Virus record (IMG/VR): IMGVR_UViG_3300028572_000013
Span: 1-60,169 of that record
Strand: one strand, 5' to 3'
Length of the DNA stretch: 60,169 nucleotides
DNA from: a virus
Taxonomy: Duplodnaviria > Caudoviricetes
Shown: positions 19,563 to 28,533 of the stretch, piece after piece
How the letters are laid out: each line of letters begins with the position of its first letter
Numbering within the stretch: position 1 is the stretch's first letter
Position numbers and translations under genes: made by a program
Notes under the pieces: model-generated
Database searches by the model: none
What the model was told of the DNA's origin: nothing
What the model saw: only the letters and a program-made list of their open reading frames with translations

Positions 19563-20264
19563 ATGAAGAAAGCCAAAAACCTTCTCGTAATATCTGATCT
19601 TCATGCTCCCTATTACCATCCGGATACTATTGCATTTTTGACAGCTTTAAAGAAAAAGCATAAGTTTGATACCGTCATATGCATAGGTGACGAGGTGGAT
19701 AACCATGCTATTAGTTTTCATGATTCAGATCCTTCGTTACCGAATGCTAGTAAAGAGTTGGAATTAGCTATTAAGGCATTACGCCCTCTTTATAAGCTGT
19801 TTCCGCAAGTCACCGTCGTTGAATCCAATCATGGCAGCCTTGTGATGCGAAAGGCTTTGGCTAGCGGTCTACCCCCAGAAGTATTTAAGTCCTATAATGA
19901 TATTCTTCAGGCCCCTAAAGGTTGGAAGTGGGTATTTGATACGAGAGTTCTAACCTCATTAGGCCCCGTATATTTCTGCCACGGTAAGACCGGTTCTCCC
20001 GGCAAATTAGCTGCGTCGTATGGTTGTAGTACCGTTCAGGGGCATTTTCATGAAAAAGCCCAAATTAACTATATCTCTACCCCCGAACGTTTGATGTTCG
20101 ATGCACATACTGGGTGCCTAGCTGATGATTATAGTCTTGCATTAGGATATAATAAAATTAATCCACGAAGACCAATAGTTAGCGTACTCATAGTTTTAGA
20201 TGGTATACCACAAATCGTACCTATGCGGCTCCGCCCCGGAGGACGCTGGATAGGAAAATTATAA
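19563..20264 (+). CDS. Calcineurin-like metallophosphoesterase
   Basis: SDLH, GDEVD, SNH, HG, GHFH. Confidence 0.85.
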   Translation: MKKAKNLLVISDLHAPYYHPDTIAFLTALKKKHKFDTVICIGDEVDNHAISFHDSDPSLPNASKELELAIKALRPLYKLFPQVTVVESNHGSLVMRKALASGLPPEVFKSYNDILQAPKGWKWVFDTRVLTSLGPVYFCHGKTGSPGKLAASYGCSTVQGHFHEKAQINYISTPERLMFDAHTGCLADDYSLALGYNKINPRRPIVSVLIVLDGIPQIVPMRLRPGGRWIGKL

Positions 20265-20324
20265 GTGTTATCCAGCACTTATAAAATAGTTGACGAATAT
20301 CTCGTTTCAAGGTATTCTTTAACT

Positions 20325-20882
20325 ATGAGATACGTAATATTAATAGTCCTAATAAATGTGTTAGCGTTAATGAGTAATGTTAAAAATGTAGAATGTGATA
20401 CCTCAACCGTACCTTACTACATATATAATGCGGCTACTAAGTTTAAAATTGATGTAGCTCTACTATATGCATTTTGCCGAGTTGAATCGAATTGCCGCGC
20501 CAAGGCGATTAATCACGATGATGGTACAGCAGCTCAAAAAGCCGCCGGTATTGTAGATAAATCATATGGCCTGTTTCAATTAAAGTTATCTACTGTTAAA
20601 GGATTAGGTTTTCAACAACTTGAACATATTAAAATTGTTAAGAAAACTAAAAATAAAACAGTAACGATCAGAAAAACCATAGATCATACCAAAGACTTAC
20701 TAAATCCTGAAGTTAGCACTTGGTATGCTGCAAAGCTTATAAGTCAGTTATATAAGAGATATGGCGATACTCCTAAAGTTATATCAGCTTATAATGCGGG
20801 TCGTTATACTACCGCTAATGACGACTATGTCATGAAGGTATTGAAGGCTTATACACGTTATAAGATTGATAAAAGGTTTTAA
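20325..20882 (+). CDS. SLT lytic transglycosylase with N-terminal signal/TM
   Basis: VES catalytic Glu, GLFQL, AYNAG; promoter directly before ATG 20325. Confidence 0.87.
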   Translation: MRYVILIVLINVLALMSNVKNVECDTSTVPYYIYNAATKFKIDVALLYAFCRVESNCRAKAINHDDGTAAQKAAGIVDKSYGLFQLKLSTVKGLGFQQLEHIKIVKKTKNKTVTIRKTIDHTKDLLNPEVSTWYAAKLISQLYKRYGDTPKVISAYNAGRYTTANDDYVMKVLKAYTRYKIDKRF

Positions 20883-20883
20883 T

Positions 20884-21282
20884 ATGACACATATAAAGAA
20901 ACTTCTACGGCTCTCCAAAGCGTTAGGTATTAAAGTTGCTTTTATCCATTACCCCGGTAATGGCGCGTGGCATCCGGCGGTTAATAAAATATCTGTAGAT
21001 CGGGATTTAGAGGGTACAGAGCTTGTATCAACGATTTTACATGAATTAGGACACGTTGTTGATGATTTAGCCAATCGTTCAGATACAGAATGGCGTAAAT
21101 TAGATAAGGCTTATAGTAAAGTGTACAAGAATAAAGCTTCCACGAAACAACTCCGATTAGTGCTAAAGCACGAGCGTCGAGCGTGGACTTTCGGTCGGGA
21201 GATAGCCCGCCTGTTAAAGATTAAACTCGGTAAATGGTATGATCGAGACGAGAAAGATTCTATTGCCGATTACAAGTCTTAG
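20884..21282 (+). CDS. HExxH metallopeptidase-like protein (ImmA/IrrE-like fold)
   Basis: ILHELGH...ERRAW. Confidence 0.7.
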   Translation: MTHIKKLLRLSKALGIKVAFIHYPGNGAWHPAVNKISVDRDLEGTELVSTILHELGHVVDDLANRSDTEWRKLDKAYSKVYKNKASTKQLRLVLKHERRAWTFGREIARLLKIKLGKWYDRDEKDSIADYKS

Positions 21283-21297
21283 TGGTATATTGAATTT

Positions 21298-21531
21298 ATG
21301 AGTACACCAAACTATGTAACGAAGGAAGATTTTCGATTCATGAGCGACTCGTTGTGGAATGAAAAAGTGTTAGAATCTGGGACATTTGTAAGACCGATCG
21401 AGTTAGCATATGTACCAAAGCACATCCGAGATAACCCAATGAATCGATGGTTTGATGCGGAGAAGGAAGTGTACGTATATTGCTCATTTGGTATAATTGC
21501 TATACCGAAGAACATAGTGAGGAAGTTATAA
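21298..21531 (+). CDS. Hypothetical protein (probably leaderless)
   Basis: TTGCCG-17-TATATT-6-ATG. Confidence 0.65.
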   Translation: MSTPNYVTKEDFRFMSDSLWNEKVLESGTFVRPIELAYVPKHIRDNPMNRWFDAEKEVYVYCSFGIIAIPKNIVRKL

Positions 21532-21532
21532 T

Positions 21533-21871
21533 ATGGAACAAGGAACGAAGCACGACGGTGAAAAGCCAAGACTAGACTTAATTAGTCCGATTGCGTTAGA
21601 GGAAGTGGCGAAAGTATTAGCTTTTGGTGCCAAAAAATACCAAGCTTGGAACTGGGCTAAAGGTATAAATTATACGCGTGTTATAGCTGCTATTCTTCGG
21701 CATACGTATCTATATCTTAGAGGAGAAACATTAGATTCCGAAACAGGAATTAGCCATATGGCTGCGGTTATGTGCAATGCGATGTTTTTATTACACTTTG
21801 AGAAACTAAAGCCGGAGTTTGATGACCGCCCGAAGGATGTTTATGAAATTAGCAACATGTCATCCAAATAA
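21533..21871 (+). CDS. dATP/dGTP diphosphohydrolase-like protein (DUF5664)
   Basis: KHDGEKPRLDLI..VLAFGAKKY..NW..RH..DSETGISHMA..CNAMFL. Confidence 0.85.
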   Translation: MEQGTKHDGEKPRLDLISPIALEEVAKVLAFGAKKYQAWNWAKGINYTRVIAAILRHTYLYLRGETLDSETGISHMAAVMCNAMFLLHFEKLKPEFDDRPKDVYEISNMSSK

Positions 21872-21993
21872 AAAAGAGCGCAGATTTAACAAGTTTAATA
21901 TGGATAGTGGAGTATTTAGGTCTTGATCTTCGAACATTACATATGGTAATGTTGAATCAACAGTCGAAAGACTATAAAACAAAGGAGTAAAGT

Positions 21994-22476
21994 ATGGCAC
22001 TAAAAGAAGCAAATAAAGGTGGAATTATTTCCACATCATTTAAATTCACCAAAGCCGGTGATACATTGAAAGGGTATTATCAAGGACAGGTCCAAAAGAC
22101 CATCAATGGTAGCCCAGTCATTGAACACACCTATAAGACAGAATCCGGATTAATGAGTGTATTAGGACAATCAAACATTCTTCAACAGATTAAAAATAAC
22201 AACATTAAGCCTGGCATGTATGTTGAAATTGAGTTTTCCGGCGAAATGCAGAAACTTAGGAGTGGTAAAACCATGAAAGTTTATGACATCGCTTACGACG
22301 ATGAAAACGTTGATTCTGATGCGCAAGCACCGGTTCCAGAGCAAGACGAGGAAGAGGACGAACTCGAAGAAGCCGCTCTTCCTCCAGTTCGTACGCCTGC
22401 GGTTGCCGCCTTAACACCACCACCCGCAACGCAAGCACGTATTCAAGCATTGATCAGGCAAGCTAAAAAAGCCTAA
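21994..22476 (+). CDS. Putative single-stranded DNA-binding protein
   Basis: OB-like N-terminus, acidic tract, upstream of primase-helicase. Confidence 0.55.
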   Translation: MALKEANKGGIISTSFKFTKAGDTLKGYYQGQVQKTINGSPVIEHTYKTESGLMSVLGQSNILQQIKNNNIKPGMYVEIEFSGEMQKLRSGKTMKVYDIAYDDENVDSDAQAPVPEQDEEEDELEEAALPPVRTPAVAALTPPPATQARIQALIRQAKKA

Positions 22477-22492
22477 GTCTTCGTACTAGGTG

Positions 22493-22526
22493 GGGGACGT
22501 AGGAAGCAACTTACGTCCCTCGTTTT
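22493..22526 (+). terminator. Stem-loop/terminator
   Basis: GGGACGTAGG/CTTACGTCCC followed by TTTT. Confidence 0.55.
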
Positions 22527-22552
22527 AACAGAGAGATCGAGAGGAGGAGTTC

Positions 22553-24430
22553 GTGGTCATCTATAGGCTTATAGCACCGGAATGGTTAACAATTGAATCA
22601 CCTTCGATTCCTAAAGTTTTAGAGGGTGAGTTTACCGACACAGAAATCAAGAAGTTTAATGAACAAGGATATAACGTATATTACCTCCCCAATTACCCCT
22701 CTTTGTATACCGGCGGCACCGTTGATGGTTCCCAAGTAGACACATTTGAATATGTCTTCGTTGACATGGACCTTAAAGAAGGAAAGTATAAATCTAAAGA
22801 TGAGTTCGTCGAATTCGTATGTACATTCCCTCTCCAACCCACAAAGATCATAGACTCTGGCAATGGTATACATGTATATTGGAGAGTTTCAGATCTAAAT
22901 GCTAAAAGCTATCTATTATTACAAAGAAGACTCACCCGTCATTTTAAGTCAGACGAAGCAGTTAGTAAAATTTATCAACTAATGCGGTATCCAGGTACTC
23001 TCAATACTAAGATGAAAGGTAACTTCAAAGCTTGCGCAGTTTGGTTTTTAACCGAGGAAGTGTATACCTGCGAAACTATTGATAAAGCTTTAGCGCCAAT
23101 AACCCTCTCTGATGAACAATTTTGTAATCAGCACTTCGAAAAGACCTATAAAAAATACTCCAGAGAAGTTAAAATTGATGAAAAATTACCATCTAAATTT
23201 GGACAACTACTACACGATAGTCAAGAAGTTAAAGATATATGGCTTGGAAACACCGACGATCGTAGTAAGAGCGATTTCCGACTAGGTCATATAATGTTTG
23301 CATCGGGATTTACCAAGAAAGAAGCAACCTCAGTACTAGTAAATTCGGCAAAGGCTCTAGAGCGAGCCCCAATCCACCGCCTAGGCTACGCTGAAGGAAT
23401 TGTTAATCAAATATGGACTTTTGAGTCGTCATCTATAGATAACAACAAGAAGTCGTTATCTAAAGGTAACAAGATTCCAATTGAATCACAAAGCGTGTTT
23501 GATATCCTACAAACAAGTGGCGATAAGCTAAAAGGCGAGCGATTCTATTGTTGGCCATATGTTGATAATACGGAACATGGCTTCAGATTAAGCCAAGTAG
23601 TTGGTATGATAGCCGGTTCTGGCGTAGGTAAAACAGCCATTGCTTTAAACATGTTTGAAGGTTTTGTATCTAAGAACCCTAGCTATGACCATCTATTTGT
23701 TACCTTAGAACAGCCAGCAAAGGAAATAGCCGAACGCTGGAAGAACCTATGTGGTACAAACATAAATTCGCATCATAAGGTTCGTATCCTTAGTAATTAC
23801 GACGATGAGGGTAACTACCGAAACTTATCCTTTGATTCAATTCAAGAATATATCCTTAACTATCAGAAAGAGAACAACGTAAAGATCGGATGTGTTGTTA
23901 TTGATCATATTGGAGCATTACAAAAGTCCTCTAAAGACGGTCGGCAGAGCGTTGAAGACATCTGCCATAAGATGAAGTCCTTTGCCGTGTCAACTAATAC
24001 ACTTCTAGTGATGCAATCTCAAGCGCCTAGAGAAAAGGCGGGAATCGGTGATTTAGAGCTTAATAAAGACGCCGCCTACGGCACTGTGTTTTTCGAATCT
24101 TATTGTGATTACCTCATTACGTTGTGGCAGCCACTAAAACGAGTTTATAAAGATGGTGCCCCAACTGTTACCGCTTTTAAATTCTGTAAGATTCGTCATA
24201 AGAATCAAAATAAAGACGTGATTAAAGAAGACCTCTGTTATCGACTTAAATTTGATGCTGATTCACAACGATTAAGGGAAATGACGCAGGATGAAGAAGC
24301 TGGTTTTTCATATCACTTAAAGCAAGCTACGGCTAAAAGGTCTCAAGATCGTAAAACTGAAATGGTTGAATACGTAGCAGCAGATTTTGGAGGATTACAT
24401 GGAAAAACTCAAATTAATCAAAACACTTAA
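22553..24430 (+). CDS. Primase-helicase (RepB/AEP-like primase plus DnaB-like helicase)
   Basis: FVDMD, DSGNGIHVYW, RYPGT; AGSGVGKT, VVIDH, MQSQ. Confidence 0.88.
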   Translation: MVIYRLIAPEWLTIESPSIPKVLEGEFTDTEIKKFNEQGYNVYYLPNYPSLYTGGTVDGSQVDTFEYVFVDMDLKEGKYKSKDEFVEFVCTFPLQPTKIIDSGNGIHVYWRVSDLNAKSYLLLQRRLTRHFKSDEAVSKIYQLMRYPGTLNTKMKGNFKACAVWFLTEEVYTCETIDKALAPITLSDEQFCNQHFEKTYKKYSREVKIDEKLPSKFGQLLHDSQEVKDIWLGNTDDRSKSDFRLGHIMFASGFTKKEATSVLVNSAKALERAPIHRLGYAEGIVNQIWTFESSSIDNNKKSLSKGNKIPIESQSVFDILQTSGDKLKGERFYCWPYVDNTEHGFRLSQVVGMIAGSGVGKTAIALNMFEGFVSKNPSYDHLFVTLEQPAKEIAERWKNLCGTNINSHHKVRILSNYDDEGNYRNLSFDSIQEYILNYQKENNVKIGCVVIDHIGALQKSSKDGRQSVEDICHKMKSFAVSTNTLLVMQSQAPREKAGIGDLELNKDAAYGTVFFESYCDYLITLWQPLKRVYKDGAPTVTAFKFCKIRHKNQNKDVIKEDLCYRLKFDADSQRLREMTQDEEAGFSYHLKQATAKRSQDRKTEMVEYVAADFGGLHGKTQINQNT

Positions 24431-26480
24431 CGAACTACAGGAATTACGAGAATACATCAAGAATAATGAGTACTTAAGTTTTGATACCGAGACTACGGGA
24501 GTGAAGAAATCGGACAAAATCATAGGTTTTTCTGTCAGCGCACATGTCGATACAGGCTATTATGTCATTTTATCAAAGTGGGATGTGCCCACGCAAACGC
24601 TGATAGATTTAGAGACTAAAGCAAACGCTACCGACATAATATCATTATTAATCGGAAAACAACTCATCATGCACAACGCGGTATTTGATTGCGCCATGGT
24701 AGAGAATAACTTTAAGATAAAATTAATCGATTCTTTATGCACTGACACAATGATTTTAGGACATTTATTAAATGAAAATCGACAAAATGGGCTGAAAGAG
24801 TTGGGAACTGCCATATTCGGAGAAGAGTCCAAGACTGAACAAGTAGCCCTGCAGGCTAGCATATTGGCCAACGGCGGCGAAATTACTAGAGCTAACTACG
24901 AACTTTATAAAGCTGACTCCGACTTAATTGGTAAATATGGAGCTAAAGACGCGATCTTAACAATTAAGCTTTTTTATCATTTAATGGAACAACTCTATGC
25001 AGAGGGATTAGATACCTTCTTTTTTGAAGAATCGATGCCCCTTGTAAAAGGGCCCACCTATGATTTAAATACAATAGGATTGAAAGTTGATACCGATAAG
25101 CTGATAAAACTTAAATGTACCTTAGAAGCCGAGTGCCTCGAAGCGCAGGCTTTTATCGAAGCGGAAACAACTAAGTATACGAAGGAAAAGTTTAAGAAAT
25201 TTAATCCTTCAGCCGGCATGCAGTTGGCGTGGTTACTCTTCCACAAACTTGGTAATGAATTTGGATCTCTTACAGATAGCGGTAAAGAAATATGCAAGTA
25301 TTTAGGTCTACCGGTGCCGTATTCATCTAAAAATAAACGAGAATTTATCGCAGCCTGTCAAGAACACCGAGGGGAGATCTATAAAGAAGCCTCCGTACAT
25401 CCGATTACGAGAAAAACCGTAAAGCCTAAAAAGATTGAAGATTATTGGAAATATACTAGAACTGACAAAACTAGTTTAAAGCTTTTTGCAGATAAATATA
25501 AATGGGTAGCAAAATTGTTAGAATTATCTAAAAACAAAAAGATTCTAAATACTTACGTCATTGGTATAATGGAAAGACAACAATATGGAATTATTCATCC
25601 CAGCTTTTTACAGCACGGCACTACATCTGGGCGATACTCTAGTAAAAACCCTAACTTTCAAAACTTACCAAGAAACGATAAAAGAGTTAAAAGCTGTATT
25701 ATAGCTAGAGATGGAAAAGTATTTGTAGGTGCCGATTACGCACAGTTAGAACCCCGCGTATTTGCTTCAATATCAGGAGATGACAATCTTATTAATTGTT
25801 TTGCGGAAGGTAAAGATTTTTATTCAGTTGTTGGCGCCCCAATATTTGGTAAACACGGATTTAGTTTAGTTAAAGACGACCCGAACTCCTTTGCAAAAGC
25901 TTTTCCTCAGTTGCGGGATAAAGCCAAAGTTATTGCCTTAGCCACACCGTATGGACGTACTGCAAGTTTTACTGCTTCGGAAATGGGTGTTAAAAAAGAC
26001 GAAGCACAAGACTTAATGGATAAGTATTTTCAAGCTTATCCCAAAGTTGAATTAATGATGCTCGTCAGTCATGAAATGGCCAAATCCGATGGTGTTGTAA
26101 GAAATCTGTTCGGCCGACCTAGACGAATACCGGAGGCTACTAAAATTGTTGCTAGATATGGTCACAATCTACATAAAGATCTACCGTATGAGGCTAGAAC
26201 CTTGCTTAACTTGGCAATGAACCATAGGATCCAAAGTACTGGGGCATCGATAGTTAATAGAGCTTGTATTCGCCTATCACATCTTATTAAAGAAGCAAAA
26301 CTCGAAGGATGTTATATAGTTATGCAGGTCCATGACCAAGTAATCTTAGAATGTAAGGAAGAAGATTCTGAATTTGTAAGTGTATTACTACGAGAGTGTT
26401 TGGAAAATACCACTAAACTTCCTGGCGTAGATTTAATAGCAGATCCTTTTATATCTAAAACATTGGCGGAGCAAAAATAG
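24399..26480 (+). CDS. polA: Family A DNA polymerase with 3'-5' exonuclease
   Basis: FDTETTG, HNAVFD, GRYSSKNPNFQN, DYAQLEPR, RDKAK...YG, QVHDQ. Confidence 0.95.
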   Translation: MEKLKLIKTLNELQELREYIKNNEYLSFDTETTGVKKSDKIIGFSVSAHVDTGYYVILSKWDVPTQTLIDLETKANATDIISLLIGKQLIMHNAVFDCAMVENNFKIKLIDSLCTDTMILGHLLNENRQNGLKELGTAIFGEESKTEQVALQASILANGGEITRANYELYKADSDLIGKYGAKDAILTIKLFYHLMEQLYAEGLDTFFFEESMPLVKGPTYDLNTIGLKVDTDKLIKLKCTLEAECLEAQAFIEAETTKYTKEKFKKFNPSAGMQLAWLLFHKLGNEFGSLTDSGKEICKYLGLPVPYSSKNKREFIAACQEHRGEIYKEASVHPITRKTVKPKKIEDYWKYTRTDKTSLKLFADKYKWVAKLLELSKNKKILNTYVIGIMERQQYGIIHPSFLQHGTTSGRYSSKNPNFQNLPRNDKRVKSCIIARDGKVFVGADYAQLEPRVFASISGDDNLINCFAEGKDFYSVVGAPIFGKHGFSLVKDDPNSFAKAFPQLRDKAKVIALATPYGRTASFTASEMGVKKDEAQDLMDKYFQAYPKVELMMLVSHEMAKSDGVVRNLFGRPRRIPEATKIVARYGHNLHKDLPYEARTLLNLAMNHRIQSTGASIVNRACIRLSHLIKEAKLEGCYIVMQVHDQVILECKEEDSEFVSVLLRECLENTTKLPGVDLIADPFISKTLAEQK

Positions 26481-26515
26481 TTGACAATAATACTCTGAGT
26501 TGATAGTCTTTAAAT

Positions 26516-26626
26516 ATGAATGGATATTATATACAAGGTAAAACAGTTACGGTTACGACAATGATTTCAGTTTATACGTTAGTCATGTTAAAGGATTTAG
26601 GCTATAATGTGCGATTTATTTGTTAA
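26516..26626 (+). CDS. 36-aa probably leaderless small protein (not in track)
   Basis: TTGACA-17-TAGTCT-6-ATG; MNGYYIQGKTVTV...RFIC. Confidence 0.5.
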   Translation: MNGYYIQGKTVTVTTMISVYTLVMLKDLGYNVRFIC

Positions 26627-26680
26627 ATAATTATTGACAATTAAAGACATATGTGTCATCTTATAAGCAGGAGATGACAC

Positions 26681-26986
26681 ATGTCTGAACGAAAATTACC
26701 TGTAGGAATGACTGAATTCGACCAATTAATCATTGATCTTAAAACTCAATTTGAGTTACCCACCAGTGATGAATCTTCGCTGAAGTTTGCGATTGCTTCC
26801 ATCATTATGCACCTAGGACCAGATGATTCACATAAATCCTTAGAGTTCTTCTATAAACGCCTTGTTGCCGGAGCCTCAAAGCAAGTAGCTCATACAGTTT
26901 TCCAAGAAGTTAAGAAAGCACAAGAAGAGAAGCTAGCCGCAGAAAAAGCAGCAGAAGCCGCCAAAAATGAACCACAACAGCAATGA
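26681..26986 (+). CDS. Hypothetical protein
   Basis: TTGACA promoter and AGGAG RBS. Confidence 0.7.
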   Translation: MSERKLPVGMTEFDQLIIDLKTQFELPTSDESSLKFAIASIIMHLGPDDSHKSLEFFYKRLVAGASKQVAHTVFQEVKKAQEEKLAAEKAAEAAKNEPQQQ

Positions 26987-27404
26987 GTTTAAGAAACTGC
27001 AAGATAAATGGTACGAGAAGCTAGATAAGTCTGGTTTTGAAGATATTGAAAGCCGTGATGGACGAATTAAACGTGAAACCATTCACGAGTTAAACAAGTT
27101 GCTTTATTCTACGAAGCACTCCCACAAGAGTTCGAAGTCCGATGAGTTAAATACTCAAACAACTATCGAAAAGTTTGAGGACAAAAGAACTTACTTTACT
27201 TTAGCTGAGCATTTCTTACACGAGCACACTTTTGCTGATGAACTGGAAAAAACTATATGGAGTCTTCACGTTGAAGGATACAGTGCCAGGGAAACAGTTA
27301 AAGAGCTGAAAGCCATAGGTATAAAAATCTCTAGGACGCCAACGTTACTAAAGTTACGAAGCGTGCGTCAGAAGATGTTAGATAAATATGTCCGACACGA
27401 TTAA
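26967..27404 (+). CDS. Protein with sigma region-4-like HTH; candidate late transcription regulator
   Basis: EKTIWSLHVEGYSARETVKEL...IS pattern; lies just before the packaging genes. Confidence 0.5.
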   Translation: MNHNSNEFKKLQDKWYEKLDKSGFEDIESRDGRIKRETIHELNKLLYSTKHSHKSSKSDELNTQTTIEKFEDKRTYFTLAEHFLHEHTFADELEKTIWSLHVEGYSARETVKELKAIGIKISRTPTLLKLRSVRQKMLDKYVRHD

Positions 27405-27804
27405 TAAGTCTGAGTTAATAACAATTCGAGAAATGACGCCAGATGACACTAACTTCATCTATGCTAGTTGGCTGCGCGGGCTCTACTATGGTGATAGCTG
27501 GTTAAGCGACGTGCCGAAGTCAATATTTATGGAGCATTATCACAAAGTCATTGCCTTTATCCTTAGCAAACCAACCACCGTGGTGAATGTTGCTTGCTTA
27601 AAGGATGATCCTAGTGTTATACTTGGTTATGCCGTAATGTCTGATGTAGCAGTACATTGGACATTCGTTAAGAAGAATTGGAGAGGAATTAGGTTAGCGA
27701 AAGATCTAATACCTAGCCATTTAAACACAGCCACACATTCCACTAAGGTAGGTATGGCTATTATAAAACATAAGGGATGGGTCTATAATCCGTTTCTTGT
27801 TTAA
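27388..27804 (+). CDS. GNAT-like fold protein
   Basis: IREMTPDD..; ILGYAV; FVKKNWRGIRLAK. Confidence 0.55.
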   Translation: MSDTINKSELITIREMTPDDTNFIYASWLRGLYYGDSWLSDVPKSIFMEHYHKVIAFILSKPTTVVNVACLKDDPSVILGYAVMSDVAVHWTFVKKNWRGIRLAKDLIPSHLNTATHSTKVGMAIIKHKGWVYNPFLV

Positions 27805-27813
27805 GGAGTTAAG

Positions 27814-28002
27814 ATGGAACGAACATTAGAAGTTATTACTAAAGAATACAGTGATTTATGTGCTAAAGCCGGACATATCCAGTACCAAGTTGGAGTTTTG
27901 TCGACTGAATTAGCCACGTTAAATGATAAACTTAAAGAATTAAACTTAGAAGCAGCTGCGCTAGCGAAAGCACCAGCGGTGTCCGATGAGCAGAAAAGTT
28001 AA
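27814..28002 (+). CDS. Small coiled-coil protein
   Basis: AAGGAG RBS. Confidence 0.65.
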   Translation: MERTLEVITKEYSDLCAKAGHIQYQVGVLSTELATLNDKLKELNLEAAALAKAPAVSDEQKS

Positions 28003-28240
28003 TTACGCTCGATTACATGCTGCGGCTCATATACCATCCGTCGGTGACCTAGGCCTAGTGTTACCTCCAACCGGTAAAACATTAGATGGTCTGATTATGG
28101 TGCGCGATGGTGATGAACTACTTCTTAGTTTTATGCTGAAAGGTGTGGAAGTAACTGCGGCTATACCCAAAACAAACGTATCGATAATGGTATTTGCTCC
28201 TGAACCCACAAAACCCGCATTGAAAGTAGCTAAAGGATAA
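27986..28240 (+). CDS. Hypothetical protein
   Basis: Overlapping ORF in operon. Confidence 0.6.
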   Translation: MSRKVNYARLHAAAHIPSVGDLGLVLPPTGKTLDGLIMVRDGDELLLSFMLKGVEVTAAIPKTNVSIMVFAPEPTKPALKVAKG

Positions 28241-28242
28241 GT

Positions 28243-28533
28243 ATGGTCCTACCTCGTGAAACAGAAGTTAAGAAAAGTTATGTAAAGATTATACCTGAGA
28301 GTCCTCCGATGATTTCCATTGATGACTCTATAAAAGACTGCTTAATCTGTGTTAAGAGGATCGTAGACCAAATTACTTTTGTTACTACAAAGAATGAAAT
28401 TCCTGATAGAGAGACAGTCCAAACACTGAAGGACTGTCTCTCTATGCTTTTTGAATCAAAGAAGAAAGAACAAGACTTCTTAGACTCATTAACAGAGGAA
28501 CAACTGTTGAAGTTAGCTAGGAAACGTAAATGA
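28243..28533 (+). CDS. Possible terminase small subunit
   Basis: Overlaps the TerL start; ..LTEEQL.. C-terminus; mostly positional. Confidence 0.4.
   Translation: MVLPRETEVKKSYVKIIPESPPMISIDDSIKDCLICVKRIVDQITFVTTKNEIPDRETVQTLKDCLSMLFESKKKEQDFLDSLTEEQLLKLARKRK

Noticed and set aside
21533-21871. 2-aminoadenine (Z) genome pathway
   Set aside because: A DUF5664-like gene is present, but no PurZ or DatZ-like HD hydrolase is recognisable
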